The notes beneath the pieces are model-generated. The model did no database searches and was not told the origin of the DNA. It worked only from the letters and a program-made list of their open reading frames with translations. Made by a program: the position numbers and the translations under genes. DNA of 63,854 nucleotides, filler included, from a bacterium (lineage in GTDB: Bacteria; JAJRZV01): assembly GCA_024275095.1 (NCBI GenBank). It is 7 parts of 7 records of this genome, joined end to end, with 100 filler letters (N's around TTAATTAATTAA, not from the genome) between each part and the next. Parts side by side here need not be neighbours in the genome. Positions count along the whole stretch, not along the records: positions 41,502 to 62,659 come from JAJRZV010000059.1; 6 more parts are not named here. One strand, given 5' to 3'. Shown in pieces: positions 51,965 through 62,623 of the stretch (position 1 is the stretch's first letter; each line of letters begins with the position of its first letter).

Positions 51965-53695
51965 CTATTTTACAGTATGACTATTTCCAGGATCCCGACC
52001 TTCCATGAGCCAATCCGTACCCGTGAACGAGAACATTCCCCGCTGCAATTCCCAGCAGCCAATTGAACCAGCGTTGTAATCCGCAACCCATACTTCACCC
52101 CTGCCATCGCCGTCCAGGTCGTGGATCAGCACTTTACATGCCTCACTGCCACCTGAGCACTGGATGTAAAACCCGTCCACGTAACTCCAGTTACCTGAAT
52201 TATAGTCATAGTCAATTGCCCGTATTTCATAGATAGATGCGTATATAATTTCCGGGATATTATCACCGTCCACATCCGCTGCGATGATCTGCCGGATAGT
52301 TCCTGCATCCGGAGTGAGTGAAACCGGGAAACTACCTATAAGAAATCCATTATAATCTAAGGCATAAATACTCCAGTAAGAACTGGCTATAATTTCCAGA
52401 CCTGACCTGGATGGATCAATATCTGAAACAATTACGTGTTTTATCGGGTCGGCAGGAACAAATTGAAATGTACTACCTGCTGCTCTACCCACGTCCAAGA
52501 ACCCATACAAATCCCCCCTGTAAGAGACAAAAACCGCGTCGTCCACATAACCGTCAGCATCCAGGTCACCTGCGGCAACCTCGCTTACTGTGCTGCTAAA
52601 GGCAAGATCCTGCGTCAGGTATACAGTCGTGGATGTGAGAGGCCTGATTTCCACAGTCTGCCCCGTCGTATATACACCCACGTTCCCGACCATATCTATT
52701 GCCAGAGCAGAATCGTAATAATAGAAAGTCTTATCAACTACCCAGGAAAGGCTCGGAGGGAAGGGGGCGCTTGCACTCCCTGGTGCACCCACTGAATAGG
52801 AAAATGTAATCCACTGATAACCTGAAGAAGTATACACTGTTGTTATAAATACATCCGTGTACAGGTCAGGATTCATGAGAGATTCAACATGGTCAGTCGA
52901 ACTGGCGGATAACGTGTAGTTCGTTAACCACACACCGTCCCAGGAATACACCTCCATAAAGTTATTGCTCACTATCACAAGCTCCGGGCCGGAATATGTG
53001 GAATCCACGTCAGCCAGCACAGAATACACGCGGTACGTCGAAGGACTTACCGACCACCACTGTGCAATTCCGGTAATGGGGTACACATACACAGTATCAA
53101 ATCCTTCTGCCACCAGTAATCCTATACCTTCCTGGGGGCTTGAATATGCGTAAAATCGTCCCCACCTGGTTATATCAGTATTACTGAAACTGTATCCGCA
53201 ATTTTCAAGCACAGGTGGCTGGGCTGTGGGACCTGTAGGATAGGTGGGATATGTGGGCTGTTCCGGGTAAAGAAGTGCCATCATATCCGAGATGCAGAAG
53301 GACTCGCCTGCATCATTGGCAGCCCAGATAAAGTACGTGTAATCAGTCCCGGGGATGCCGTTATAATCACTGACGCAGTAATCCCAGTCTTCGCACCCCG
53401 GTGGAGGACCTGCCACCTGTGAAGAATATACGCGGGCTACTTCTTCAGGCGAGACGCCCGTGTTGCTCTCCCTTCTCCACACCACGTACTGTGCTGCCTC
53501 GGGCCCTTCACGCGTGTAAACCCTGTTCCATCCGAGTATCACACCACCGTCCGTGAGCGGGGACGCCATCGACTGAAAACCGCATTCGTACGAACCAGGG
53601 TCAAACGGGTTATTCCTCTCGTAGTCCTTGATATAGCAGCCCGCTGTGACAACCAGCACCACCAGCCAGAAATTTTTAATAACGCTTTGTTTCAT
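51965..53695 (-). CDS. Lipoprotein with FN3-like domain and FG-GAP/VCBS repeats
   Basis: Lipobox TAGC; GDLDADG, ADVDGDNIPEI, DLDGDGRGEV; WLMEGRD C-terminus. Confidence 0.82.
   Translation of the reverse strand: MKQSVIKNFWLVVLVVTAGCYIKDYERNNPFDPGSYECGFQSMASPLTDGGVILGWNRVYTREGPEAAQYVVWRRESNTGVSPEEVARVYSSQVAGPPPGCEDWDYCVSDYNGIPGTDYTYFIWAANDAGESFCISDMMALLYPEQPTYPTYPTGPTAQPPVLENCGYSFSNTDITRWGRFYAYSSPQEGIGLLVAEGFDTVYVYPITGIAQWWSVSPSTYRVYSVLADVDSTYSGPELVIVSNNFMEVYSWDGVWLTNYTLSASSTDHVESLMNPDLYTDVFITTVYTSSGYQWITFSYSVGAPGSASAPFPPSLSWVVDKTFYYYDSALAIDMVGNVGVYTTGQTVEIRPLTSTTVYLTQDLAFSSTVSEVAAGDLDADGYVDDAVFVSYRGDLYGFLDVGRAAGSTFQFVPADPIKHVIVSDIDPSRSGLEIIASSYWSIYALDYNGFLIGSFPVSLTPDAGTIRQIIAADVDGDNIPEIIYASIYEIRAIDYDYNSGNWSYVDGFYIQCSGGSEACKVLIHDLDGDGRGEVWVADYNAGSIGCWELQRGMFSFTGTDWLMEGRDPGNSHTVK
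53610..53644. repeat. 35-bp exact direct repeat, copy 1
   Basis: TTATTCCTCTCGTAGTCCTTGATATAGCAGCCCGC identical to 55145-55179. Confidence 0.9.
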
Positions 53696-53829
53696 ATGCT
53701 ACCTCCTCACTCCTACATGTTCATGTCTTCAGACCTTTATTTCTTCCTGAGCGGACCCTTTTCATCGTGCTTAACCCGGACACACATACAGGGCGGCTTT
53801 AAGGCAACACAACTTTTTTCATATAATAC

Positions 53830-55233
53830 CTACCACGGAACCCGGCCATTTGCGGCATCATGCCCCCGCATGGGCCAGAAAATTTCTGGAGTAGTATCCA
53901 AGGTACCGGGAGGCAATTTAAAACAGTACAGATCCCCCCAGCCCGGGTCTTGATAAGCTCCGCCTCCAACAATTAACTCAGCGGCCGGGGCATCCCCATT
54001 TTCCAAAATTACATCTCCTACAGCGATAGCCCCAAAAAAGCGGCCCTCTGGTGGGGTAACCCAAAAGCCGGGTACGGGATGAACTGTCTGTCCATCGTAA
54101 TCCAGCGCACCAACCTCACGCTCTGCAGCATATATAATTTCTGCATGTCCATCTCCATCCACATCTGCAGCAATAATCTGCGAAAGAAACCCCGCACCTT
54201 GAGAAAGTGAAAAAGGAAAGCCCGGCTTCATGTTTCCGGATATGTCAAATGCTCCAATAACTCCTCCGTTCGGGTCCTCAACAATAACGTCGCCTGTACC
54301 GTCACCGTCAATATCTGAAATAATCACTTCGGTCCACGCATACCCTCCCCCTGCGCCTTCAAATAAATAATATGATCCACCGTTACCGTACGCGTATACC
54401 CCCCCACCCTGGAAACTCACAATCACCACGTCAGCAAAACCGTCGCCATCAATGTCACCTGCTGCCACATCTTCAATAGTTGCAATGCTATCTGATATAT
54501 AGGTTATATAGTCACTGCCTGTATTAAAATCGTACGTCCAGATGCAATTATTCCCGGGTGTGGAAGAAAGCGCCACCACACCAATACCACCATTCAGGTC
54601 AAAAGGCGGGCTGACTTCCTGGTAGTCACCGCTGCTAAAAAGACTGAAGTACGTGGCGCCCGTGTTATAGTCCCATAAAAAAACCGCCGGAATATCATTC
54701 TCGGTCCTGCTCACAACCCCGGTTCCCACAATCCAGTCCCCTATTACCGCGAGATGACGAATTTCAATGTAGTTGCCGGTGATGCTCCAGCTCCAGTCGT
54801 ACTCTCCTATAACGTTTCCGGTTCCAAGTTCAACCACTGTAATGTGCCCACCGTTAGCAAAAACCAGTTCGTTCACGGAGCCATTAGTCATATCAACATT
54901 AGAGATAACAGAAGGTGCCACACCATAATCTGTTGGGCCAAACTCGTAAACTCCTGCAACCTGTGTACTGGAGGACGAAACCCCTAAAATCTGGAACTCG
55001 GCCCAGTTATCCACCCCTATGGCCCCCTCTGAACCACTCAACCACGAAACGTACAGTCGTCTGGAGGGCGCCATAGTGATGGGAAAACTAATCCCACAAT
55101 CCTCAAGCACGTACCCGCCGCCTGTAAAATACGGGTCCAGGGGATTATTCCTCTCGTAGTCCTTGATATAGCAGCCCGCAGAAAAGAAGATAAGAAATAT
55201 AAACACGGGAATCACTGCGCGCTCTCCTTTCAT
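53830..55233 (-). CDS. Lipoprotein with FG-GAP/VCBS repeats
   Basis: Lipobox SAGC; GDIDGDG, DIDGDGTGDV, ADVDGDGHAEI; WPMRGHD C-terminus; ATG 55233 behind GGAGGT. Confidence 0.82.
   Translation of the reverse strand: MKGERAVIPVFIFLIFFSAGCYIKDYERNNPLDPYFTGGGYVLEDCGISFPITMAPSRRLYVSWLSGSEGAIGVDNWAEFQILGVSSSSTQVAGVYEFGPTDYGVAPSVISNVDMTNGSVNELVFANGGHITVVELGTGNVIGEYDWSWSITGNYIEIRHLAVIGDWIVGTGVVSRTENDIPAVFLWDYNTGATYFSLFSSGDYQEVSPPFDLNGGIGVVALSSTPGNNCIWTYDFNTGSDYITYISDSIATIEDVAAGDIDGDGFADVVIVSFQGGGVYAYGNGGSYYLFEGAGGGYAWTEVIISDIDGDGTGDVIVEDPNGGVIGAFDISGNMKPGFPFSLSQGAGFLSQIIAADVDGDGHAEIIYAAEREVGALDYDGQTVHPVPGFWVTPPEGRFFGAIAVGDVILENGDAPAAELIVGGGAYQDPGWGDLYCFKLPPGTLDTTPEIFWPMRGHDAANGRVPW
55145..55179. 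repeat. 35-bp exact direct repeat, copy 2
   Basis: Identical to 53610-53644; encodes AGCYIKDYERN. Confidence 0.9.
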
Positions 55234-55284
55234 GGAAACCTCCCTTTCTTCAGAAGATTTACTATCCTCCTCCCCCGTCATGGT

Positions 55285-56841
55285 TTACGGCCTGAACATC
55301 ACCCTCAACATCATTGCATGCTGTCTCTGCGGAGCGTCCAACATGAGGGCCGTTCCTGAGCCCCCGCCGGAAAGCGTGAGCACTCCGTACACGCCCAGTC
55401 CAGCAGAGACAACACCCGTGCCGATAAGGCTGTAGCCCACGATGGTTTCCTGTCTCGCGTAATTGCTCTCTCTGACCACCCAGTCCCAGGCCTCGGCTAT
55501 GCGCGCAGGGTCGGTGGCATTTTGATATTCCTGGTACCACCAGTCTGCATTCTCTATGTCATCCTTGGCCAGCATCAACTGCCAGGCTCCCACCCCCACG
55601 CATGCAGCACCAAGAACAATACCTGACCACGAAAGAATCTTCTTCCAGAGTGGCACACCACCTTTTTTCACAACGCGTTTTTTACCCAGGGGTCTCAGCG
55701 TTTCCATGAGCATCCGGCTTTCACCTTCCTTCAGGGCAAGCTTTTTGCGAATTTCCTTATAGCCTTCCAGCCGTATGGAGATCACGTGTGTCCCCGGTTC
55801 CACATCCAGGGAAGGAATGGGTGTTTTCCCTTCCAATCTGCCATCTATGTAAACGCTTGCACCTGAAGGGGACGTGGAAATATCGAGGCGGGCCATCTTC
55901 TTCCCGCGTGGTTTCAGCTTTGCCCTCAGGCGCACGGCAGGCTTCTTCAGGTTGAAAGTGAAAGTGACCTTTTCGAAACCTTTTTTGCTCACCTCCACGC
56001 TGTGTTTTCCGTAGGGAATGGTCACTTTCAGCGGGGTACTACCCATGTATTTACCGTCCACGTACACCCTTGCGTCGGGAGGATCAGAAATAATGTTCAC
56101 CCTTCCCGAAGGAGCCTTGAGTTCAAGTTCAACTGAAGTATATTCATCCGCATTAACAATCACTTCATCCTGTGCAGACATGTTTCCTTTGACAACCTTG
56201 ATCGTGTGTTTTCCGGGTGCGATACCATCTATTGTTGCAGGAGTCTTCATGGGCATTTCCTTTCCGTCAATAAAAATGCGGGCTCCCTTGGGCGTTGACT
56301 TCACGTAAAGCCCCCCGGATTTTCTCCCGTACGCGAGCGGCGCGCCTTCACCCGTCACCATCTTGCGCGCGATGCTGGGCACAACATCGAGAAGATCCTC
56401 CACAGTGCATGAACATTTGTGTTTGATGGAATTCTCAATCTTACCGGTTTCCACGTTGATCACCTGGAGCGTGGCAAAATACACGGAGGCCACCTTGTAC
56501 ACATAGCCGACCACGAGCTTTCCCACACCGAGCAAACGCCCTGCCTGCACGCGACATTCCTCGGACATGCACTCTGACATCTGGAGACCCTGCTCTGCCA
56601 GGATCTTGTCTCGATTGGCCCTGTCTATGACCTGGTATTTACCCGTATTGACCAGTTCGTCTATGATGGCCTGCGTCAGCGGCACCTTCAGTGCTTTGTC
56701 TACCCCAGCGCCCAGCTCGATATCCATCACTGCAATGAAGTTCTCCAGTCTCGAAATATTTTCCTCAGCCCGGGCGGATATCGAACTTGATATTATTAAC
56801 GCCAAAAAAAATATGAACCAAAAAATCCTGTACACCTTCAT
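55285..56841 (-). CDS. CsgG/TolB-N-like domain + three PEGA domains + C-terminal hydrophobic hairpin
   Basis: Signal peptide; IAVMD..VIDR..ILAEQ..GRLLGV..INVETGKI; three S.P.(G/D)A.(I/V)..DG...TP repeats. Confidence 0.82.
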   Translation of the reverse strand: MKVYRIFWFIFFLALIISSSISARAEENISRLENFIAVMDIELGAGVDKALKVPLTQAIIDELVNTGKYQVIDRANRDKILAEQGLQMSECMSEECRVQAGRLLGVGKLVVGYVYKVASVYFATLQVINVETGKIENSIKHKCSCTVEDLLDVVPSIARKMVTGEGAPLAYGRKSGGLYVKSTPKGARIFIDGKEMPMKTPATIDGIAPGKHTIKVVKGNMSAQDEVIVNADEYTSVELELKAPSGRVNIISDPPDARVYVDGKYMGSTPLKVTIPYGKHSVEVSKKGFEKVTFTFNLKKPAVRLRAKLKPRGKKMARLDISTSPSGASVYIDGRLEGKTPIPSLDVEPGTHVISIRLEGYKEIRKKLALKEGESRMLMETLRPLGKKRVVKKGGVPLWKKILSWSGIVLGAACVGVGAWQLMLAKDDIENADWWYQEYQNATDPARIAEAWDWVVRESNYARQETIVGYSLIGTGVVSAGLGVYGVLTLSGGGSGTALMLDAPQRQHAMMLRVMFRP

Positions 56842-56934
56842 TCACCCCCTCCTTTTTTAGAATTTTTTTGAGATTCTTTAGGTGTGTGATACATCCTTCC
56901 CCAACCCACTTTTCATACATGGTAAAATATTTAC

Positions 56935-58974
56935 GTGGGCAAGGCAATTATGAAAGTGATTGGTATCACTCGCGGGTATTTTTTTCCAGCAATAATTTTT
57001 TTTGTACTCTGCACATCCCCAGCCATGGGCTCCCAATACCCGAACACCCAGACGGCCACGGTTAAGGATATACCTTTAAATTTGGAACTCTCTTCAAAAG
57101 CCGAAAAAAAATCCATAAACACAGAGGTCAACCCTTCTCCAGGGCTGTTTTTTCTCAATTCGGAGCTTATACACCACGTACCAGGAGCTGTAGACGACCT
57201 TTTCACGGGGGTACTCATTAACCCCCTGTTTCAATCCCGGGGAGAGATATGGACCCGGCCTCAACTCCTGGGAATCTCTTCTAAGTTTTCAGCCATCACC
57301 TACGAAGGCTTCCCCATTTTTCACAATATTATGACCGGACGATTCCCCTTTCTCGGAACCACCGAATTCTATAACGTCCAGATAGAATCTTTTGATATTT
57401 CACCATCGCCGTTCGACCTGGCCGGGACGCTCAACATTTCCCCGATAACCAAACCTGCAAGCATTCTGGACCTCAATCTTTACAGATTTGCTGGAACCAC
57501 ATCACAAAAATTTGGAAACCATCACTTTAATGCAACTGCCATGGCCACCCAGGGAAACCTTTACAGTGACAATGTGGGCATATCATCCGTCCCCGCGGTA
57601 TACAACCTGCGCCTCTTATGGAAATACACGGGAAACAGCACAAGCCTCAAGTCAATATATTTCACCGGGAAAAACTTTTACAGCGGCGCCATACCCCGCA
57701 TCAGCAACGTGCCCTTCCGCGGAACTCTCAGCTGGGATGTCGAATACGCAATACTCGGAACTGCTGGTTCACAGAAGCTCGGGAGGCATTCGAGCCTGGA
57801 CTGGGCTTTCTCCTTCAATACATTTCACCTTTCAGGAAACGGAACGCGCGGCAACAGACCATTCAATGCCGCCGTCCGTTCAGGACTTTTCTGGTCCAAC
57901 GTTGCCTATCACGTGGGAAACGGTCCATTTTCTCTTGAGGTGGGACTTGATACAGTGTACATGGAAAAGCACAGCGGTCACGCCAGCCTCCCGGTAGACG
58001 CCATTGCCAGTGGTAATATCGACCAGAACCTTCCCAACGCTGAAATCTCATTCTCGCGCAGAGCCGCATTTTTTACAGGCTATGTAAGAGGTGGCTTAAA
58101 CAACTTTCATCGTACATCACTCAAGGCGGGACTCGAGGCACTGAGCGTACTGCCCACTAATATTGTTCGAATATCCCCGGGCCTTTCTTTTTCTTACAGT
58201 CCTGCGAAGTGGACAGAGCTCTTCGGTGACGCTTCTCTCAATCATGCTGTACCCTTTGACCCTTACATCATCGCTGTTGCGAACACCACCCCGGTGGTCA
58301 CCTCAGGTTCACTTGCGGGTGGGCTGAGGTTTAAAACTTTATATTTTACGCTTGAAGGGTTGTACTTTTACCGGCAATATTCGGGCATTCCCTCTCTCTC
58401 TGCGTCCGTCGACATCAGCGACCCATGTGCTCCTACCATCATTCTTAACACTGAAACCCACAGTAAAATCCGCGCAAACGGGGCCGCGGCCGTGTTCTAT
58501 ACTGTACGCGGCAAACATTCCCTGTTTGCTTCTTATTATTACGGAAATACGTATCGGTGGGAAGAAGAAGAGGGTCGTATTCCCTTGGGATATTCCCATG
58601 CTCTCAAGTTGATGTACCTGTACAAGGGTCGCAAATGGCATCTCTCCACGCTTCTAAGCCTCACATCCTCAAGGCCGTACACACCGCTGGCATCAGTGGG
58701 TTCTGTTCCTGACATATGTACCGGGACTGTCATATATTACCCTATCTGGGGACAGGAAAATTCCGGCTCAATCGGCCGCTACTGGCGCCTGGATGCCATG
58801 GTTGAAAGGCTCTTTCATCTGAAGCATGCCACAATTGTCGCATATCTGGATGTGTTCAACGTGCTGTTTCTGCGCAACCTTATGGGATTCAGTTATTCGG
58901 ACGATTACTCAACCCGGAAAGAGATTCGCTCACTCCCACCCATCCCGCTCATGGGAATCAGAGCAATATTTTAA
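56935..58974 (+). CDS. TonB-dependent receptor-like outer-membrane protein
   Basis: Signal peptide; SSRPYTP, YWRLD, YLDVFNV, LPPIPLMGIRAIF terminal strand. Confidence 0.7.
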   Translation: MGKAIMKVIGITRGYFFPAIIFFVLCTSPAMGSQYPNTQTATVKDIPLNLELSSKAEKKSINTEVNPSPGLFFLNSELIHHVPGAVDDLFTGVLINPLFQSRGEIWTRPQLLGISSKFSAITYEGFPIFHNIMTGRFPFLGTTEFYNVQIESFDISPSPFDLAGTLNISPITKPASILDLNLYRFAGTTSQKFGNHHFNATAMATQGNLYSDNVGISSVPAVYNLRLLWKYTGNSTSLKSIYFTGKNFYSGAIPRISNVPFRGTLSWDVEYAILGTAGSQKLGRHSSLDWAFSFNTFHLSGNGTRGNRPFNAAVRSGLFWSNVAYHVGNGPFSLEVGLDTVYMEKHSGHASLPVDAIASGNIDQNLPNAEISFSRRAAFFTGYVRGGLNNFHRTSLKAGLEALSVLPTNIVRISPGLSFSYSPAKWTELFGDASLNHAVPFDPYIIAVANTTPVVTSGSLAGGLRFKTLYFTLEGLYFYRQYSGIPSLSASVDISDPCAPTIILNTETHSKIRANGAAAVFYTVRGKHSLFASYYYGNTYRWEEEEGRIPLGYSHALKLMYLYKGRKWHLSTLLSLTSSRPYTPLASVGSVPDICTGTVIYYPIWGQENSGSIGRYWRLDAMVERLFHLKHATIVAYLDVFNVLFLRNLMGFSYSDDYSTRKEIRSLPPIPLMGIRAIF

Positions 58975-59008
58975 CTCTCATGCAAAGAGGTCTTAATAAA
59001 GTCCACCG

Positions 59009-59506
59009 ATGACAAAAGATTACAAAAGGTCAACAAAAGAGTTCTATATCCTCGTTTCCACAAAGGAGCAGAAGCTTTACCTCATGAAGGAAGGCAAGCC
59101 CGTGCAGACCTTCCTGGTATCCACATCGAAATTCGGCACAGGTAACCGTGAAGGAAGTTATCAAACTCCCCTGGGCCGGCATCGAATTTACCAGAAAATC
59201 GGTGCAAATCTTCCTCCCGGCGCAATCCTCAAAGGGAGAAAATTCACAGGTACAATTGTCAAAGCTAACGTAAGTCCTGACGAAGACCTGATCACTTCCC
59301 GTATTTTGTGGCTTGAAGGTCTCGAAAACGGAATTAATCGTGGAGAAGGTGTTGATACCAGAAAGCGATTAATATACATCCACGGGACGCCCCATGTAGA
59401 GTTGCTGGGCACCCCGGCATCCAAGGGGTGCATCCGCATGAAAGACGAGGATATTATCGAGCTTTTTGACCTTGTAGAAGAAGGGACTCCAGTAATTATC
59501 AGTTAA
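59009..59506 (+). CDS. L,D-transpeptidase (YkuD) family protein
   Basis: EQKLYL, VSTSKFG, TPLG, IYIHGT..SKGCIRM. Confidence 0.92.
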   Translation: MTKDYKRSTKEFYILVSTKEQKLYLMKEGKPVQTFLVSTSKFGTGNREGSYQTPLGRHRIYQKIGANLPPGAILKGRKFTGTIVKANVSPDEDLITSRILWLEGLENGINRGEGVDTRKRLIYIHGTPHVELLGTPASKGCIRMKDEDIIELFDLVEEGTPVIIS

Positions 59507-59530
59507 GCCACGTCATCCACCTGAACCAGC

Positions 59531-60265
59531 TTACAAAGAGGCCACATAGCGTGAAGTAATAATAATCTGCTTCATTTCTCTCACCGCCCTCTCTATTCCA
59601 ACAAAAACAGCCCTTCCAATAATTGAATGGCCGATGTTCAATTCTTCGATTTCCTGTATGCGCGCCACATCTGAAACATTGACATAGTTCAGTCCGTGAC
59701 CGGCGGCTACAAAGAATTTTAATCTTGAAGCAAACTTGGCTGCTTCGACAATTTCATCCAGCCGTTTCAGGCGTTCTGCCTCATCACGTGCTTCTGCATA
59801 ACGACCAGTGTGAATCTCCACCGCGTCAGCCCCCAGGCGATGAGCCGCCTTGATCTGGTCAGGATCAGGATCTATAAAGAGACTTACTCGAATACCGGCA
59901 TCCTGCAGAAGTTTGACAGCCTTCCTGAGATGATCAACCTGAGAAACCACATCCAGTCCCCCTTCTGTGGTAAGCTCTTCACGCCTTTCAGGCACAAGCG
60001 TGGCCGTGTCAGGTCGCACATCAAGAGCAATACGCACCATTTCCTGTGTTGCGGCCATTTCGAGGTTAAGTTTTGTCTTGATGAGCTGCTTTGCCAGCTC
60101 CAGGTCCCTATCCTGGATATGCCTTCGATCTTCTCTCAAATGCATGATGATACTGTCGGCACCTGCCTGCTCGGCAATAAGTGCCGCTGTTACAGGATCA
60201 GGTTCATTGATCAGCCGAGCCTGGCGTAAGGTTGCAACGTGATCTACATTCACACCCAGCTTCAT
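59531..60265 (-). CDS. pdxJ: Pyridoxine 5'-phosphate synthase
   Basis: [45 protein letters not shown]. Confidence 0.97.
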   Translation of the reverse strand: MKLGVNVDHVATLRQARLINEPDPVTAALIAEQAGADSIIMHLREDRRHIQDRDLELAKQLIKTKLNLEMAATQEMVRIALDVRPDTATLVPERREELTTEGGLDVVSQVDHLRKAVKLLQDAGIRVSLFIDPDPDQIKAAHRLGADAVEIHTGRYAEARDEAERLKRLDEIVEAAKFASRLKFFVAAGHGLNYVNVSDVARIQEIEELNIGHSIIGRAVFVGIERAVREMKQIIITSRYVASL

Positions 60266-60287
60266 ATACCATCCCTCCCTCTAAGTT

Positions 60288-61646
60288 TTATCCAGCTTCC
60301 AAAACCCCTCTGAAATAATCCATCAACCTTTCAAAAACCTTTCTGCCCAGTTGTTCGTCCTGTGCCTCAACCATCACGCGCAGCAGGGGTTCAGTCCCGG
60401 AATACCGCACAAGAATCCGTCCTCTCCCGTTAAGTTCCTGTTGCTGGGAATCGAGCAGCTCACGGTAACCACCAATTTGTTCGAGAGGAATCTTCTCCTT
60501 CACGCGAATACTTCCTGAAAACTGCGGGAATCTTTCAAAACTCTCTTTTACCTGTGATAGGGGTTTGTTTTCTCTTAACAGTATATTAAGTATCTGAAGT
60601 GCGGTAAGAATACCGTCACCTGTTGTTGTAAAATCATGAAGTACGATGTGGCCGGATTGTTCACCACCCAGATTGGCACCGGTTCTCAGCATTTCCTCTA
60701 CCACATACCTGTCACCCACCTTTGTCCGTGTCAAAGTAAGCCCGAGAGACTCCAGATATTTCTCCAGCCCCATATTGCTCATAACTGTAGCCACAACGGT
60801 CTTGCCTTTAAGGAGCCCACGCCTCAGCATGTGAGAAGCAAGAATTGCCAAGAGACAATCTCCATCAAGTATTTCTCCCTTTTCATCCACCACAATCACA
60901 CGGTCACCGTCTCCGTCAAAAGCAATACCTGCATCGGCTCCTTCTTCCACTGTCTTACGGGCAATGAACTCGGGGGTGGTCGCACCACACCCCGCGTTAA
61001 TGTTGATACCATCAGGATTTATGTTAAACGCTTTTACGTCAGCGCCGAGTTCCGAAAACACGAGCGGAGCAATTGAATATGTAGCACCGTTAGCACAGTC
61101 GAGAACGATTTTTATTCCGTCAAGTGAAAGCTCCCTCGGGAAAGTGGATTTCAAAAATTCAATGTACCGGCCCTGAGCATCCCCCACACGTCGTGCCTTT
61201 CCCATGTTTACAGGGTCATTGGCAAAGAGTCGGATTTCCCCACTGAGTACGAGCTGTTCTATTTGACCCTCCAGCTCATCGGACAGCTTGTAACCGTTAC
61301 GATTGAAAAATTTTATGCCGTTGTCATGATAAGGATTGTGCGATGCAGAAATAACTATACCGGCGTGCACACGCATTGATATTGTGAGAAAGGCTATACC
61401 TGGTGTGGGCATGGTACCTGTCAGTAAAACGTCACCCCCACCTGCAAGAAGCCCCGATGCAATAGCATATTCAAATGCGTAACCAGAGAGCCTGGTGTCC
61501 TTACCTATGAGAAAAACGGGACGCACGCCGAGGCGTTGGCCCATTACATTCGCGGCTGCTTTACCCACAGAAGATATCACATCCACCGTCATCGGCGGCC
61601 GATTAACCCTTCCACGAATTCCATCGGTACCGAAAAGGCGCATCAT
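60288..61646 (-). CDS. glmM: Phosphoglucosamine mutase
   Basis: FGTDGIRG, SASHNP, FDGDGDR, GGEQSGH, RYSGTEP; ATGA overlap with cdaR. Confidence 0.96.
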   Translation of the reverse strand: MMRLFGTDGIRGRVNRPPMTVDVISSVGKAAANVMGQRLGVRPVFLIGKDTRLSGYAFEYAIASGLLAGGGDVLLTGTMPTPGIAFLTISMRVHAGIVISASHNPYHDNGIKFFNRNGYKLSDELEGQIEQLVLSGEIRLFANDPVNMGKARRVGDAQGRYIEFLKSTFPRELSLDGIKIVLDCANGATYSIAPLVFSELGADVKAFNINPDGININAGCGATTPEFIARKTVEEGADAGIAFDGDGDRVIVVDEKGEILDGDCLLAILASHMLRRGLLKGKTVVATVMSNMGLEKYLESLGLTLTRTKVGDRYVVEEMLRTGANLGGEQSGHIVLHDFTTTGDGILTALQILNILLRENKPLSQVKESFERFPQFSGSIRVKEKIPLEQIGGYRELLDSQQQELNGRGRILVRYSGTEPLLRVMVEAQDEQLGRKVFERLMDYFRGVLEAG

Positions 61647-62623
61647 CTCACGCGACCTCCTCCTGGAGAAACGTATATGTCGAACCACGCGGGACGTGCA
61701 TCCAGCAGCGTAAATTCCTTTGGTATTTCTATCACAGCTCGCCGTCTGTATTTACCCGGGCCTTCTCCTTCCAGATCAATGTATACATTTACAGCATCGG
61801 GAGTAAGAGAGTCAATTTTTGATATGGGGCCAAGCAGTGAAACTTTTATTCTGGGAGGGACAACTCGAGCCTTACCCACCACTGCCTTCACGTCAACGAG
61901 AACTTCGAGGCTTTTTCGCACGTACTTTTCGGATACCTTCACAATCACTTTAACTTTTTTGGGTACTGCGATAACTCCTGGATATCGCGAAAGGTCCAGC
62001 GAAACCACGTTTTCCGTATCATGAGAAAATCCCGATATATCCACTTCCCTGGTGTAAAGAGCCTTTATCTCAGAGAGAACACTTGAAGGCCCTCTCAACT
62101 TTACCTCCGGAGGCTTTGTGGTCACACTGGAGACAGTATAATGTTCGTGTGGTTCGCCGGTGATTCTGGCCTGAACCTTCATCTTAACCTCAACAATGCG
62201 GTCCACCTTCACCATAAATGCAGACGGTGAAATTCTCACCACACGTAAAGGGGATCTGATACCGAGTGCGTCTGGCTCCACTCTTACCTCCATAAGCCCG
62301 GGTTTTGCACCTTCCATATCCACTTTATATTCCATATCACGGTTCATGAGACCAAACACCAGTGTCTTCGGTCCCGAAACGAGCACACTCAGTGTAGAAG
62401 GAACATCACCAACGACAGCCAGGTCCGAGGGCATGTTGACAAAACGAACAGGCACCTGAATGGAAATTTCGGTCTTTTCTTCGCTGGCCACGTAAATCCA
62501 GAGAAGTGTAGCAATAGTAACAGATAAAACCTTCAAGCCAAGATTTTCCAGGAACATTCTGCGAAGCGTGAGACGAAGTTTATAGTGAGGTTTATACTTC
62601 GCTTTCTGCGAAGAGCGTCTCAT
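61643..62623 (-). CDS. cdaR: YbbR/CdaR family protein
   Basis: NLGLKVLSV..LLWIYV anchor, YbbR-type repeats (V.GP, P.EV.L.GP); directly upstream of glmM. Confidence 0.85.
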   Translation of the reverse strand: MRRSSQKAKYKPHYKLRLTLRRMFLENLGLKVLSVTIATLLWIYVASEEKTEISIQVPVRFVNMPSDLAVVGDVPSTLSVLVSGPKTLVFGLMNRDMEYKVDMEGAKPGLMEVRVEPDALGIRSPLRVVRISPSAFMVKVDRIVEVKMKVQARITGEPHEHYTVSSVTTKPPEVKLRGPSSVLSEIKALYTREVDISGFSHDTENVVSLDLSRYPGVIAVPKKVKVIVKVSEKYVRKSLEVLVDVKAVVGKARVVPPRIKVSLLGPISKIDSLTPDAVNVYIDLEGEGPGKYRRRAVIEIPKEFTLLDARPAWFDIYVSPGGGRVR

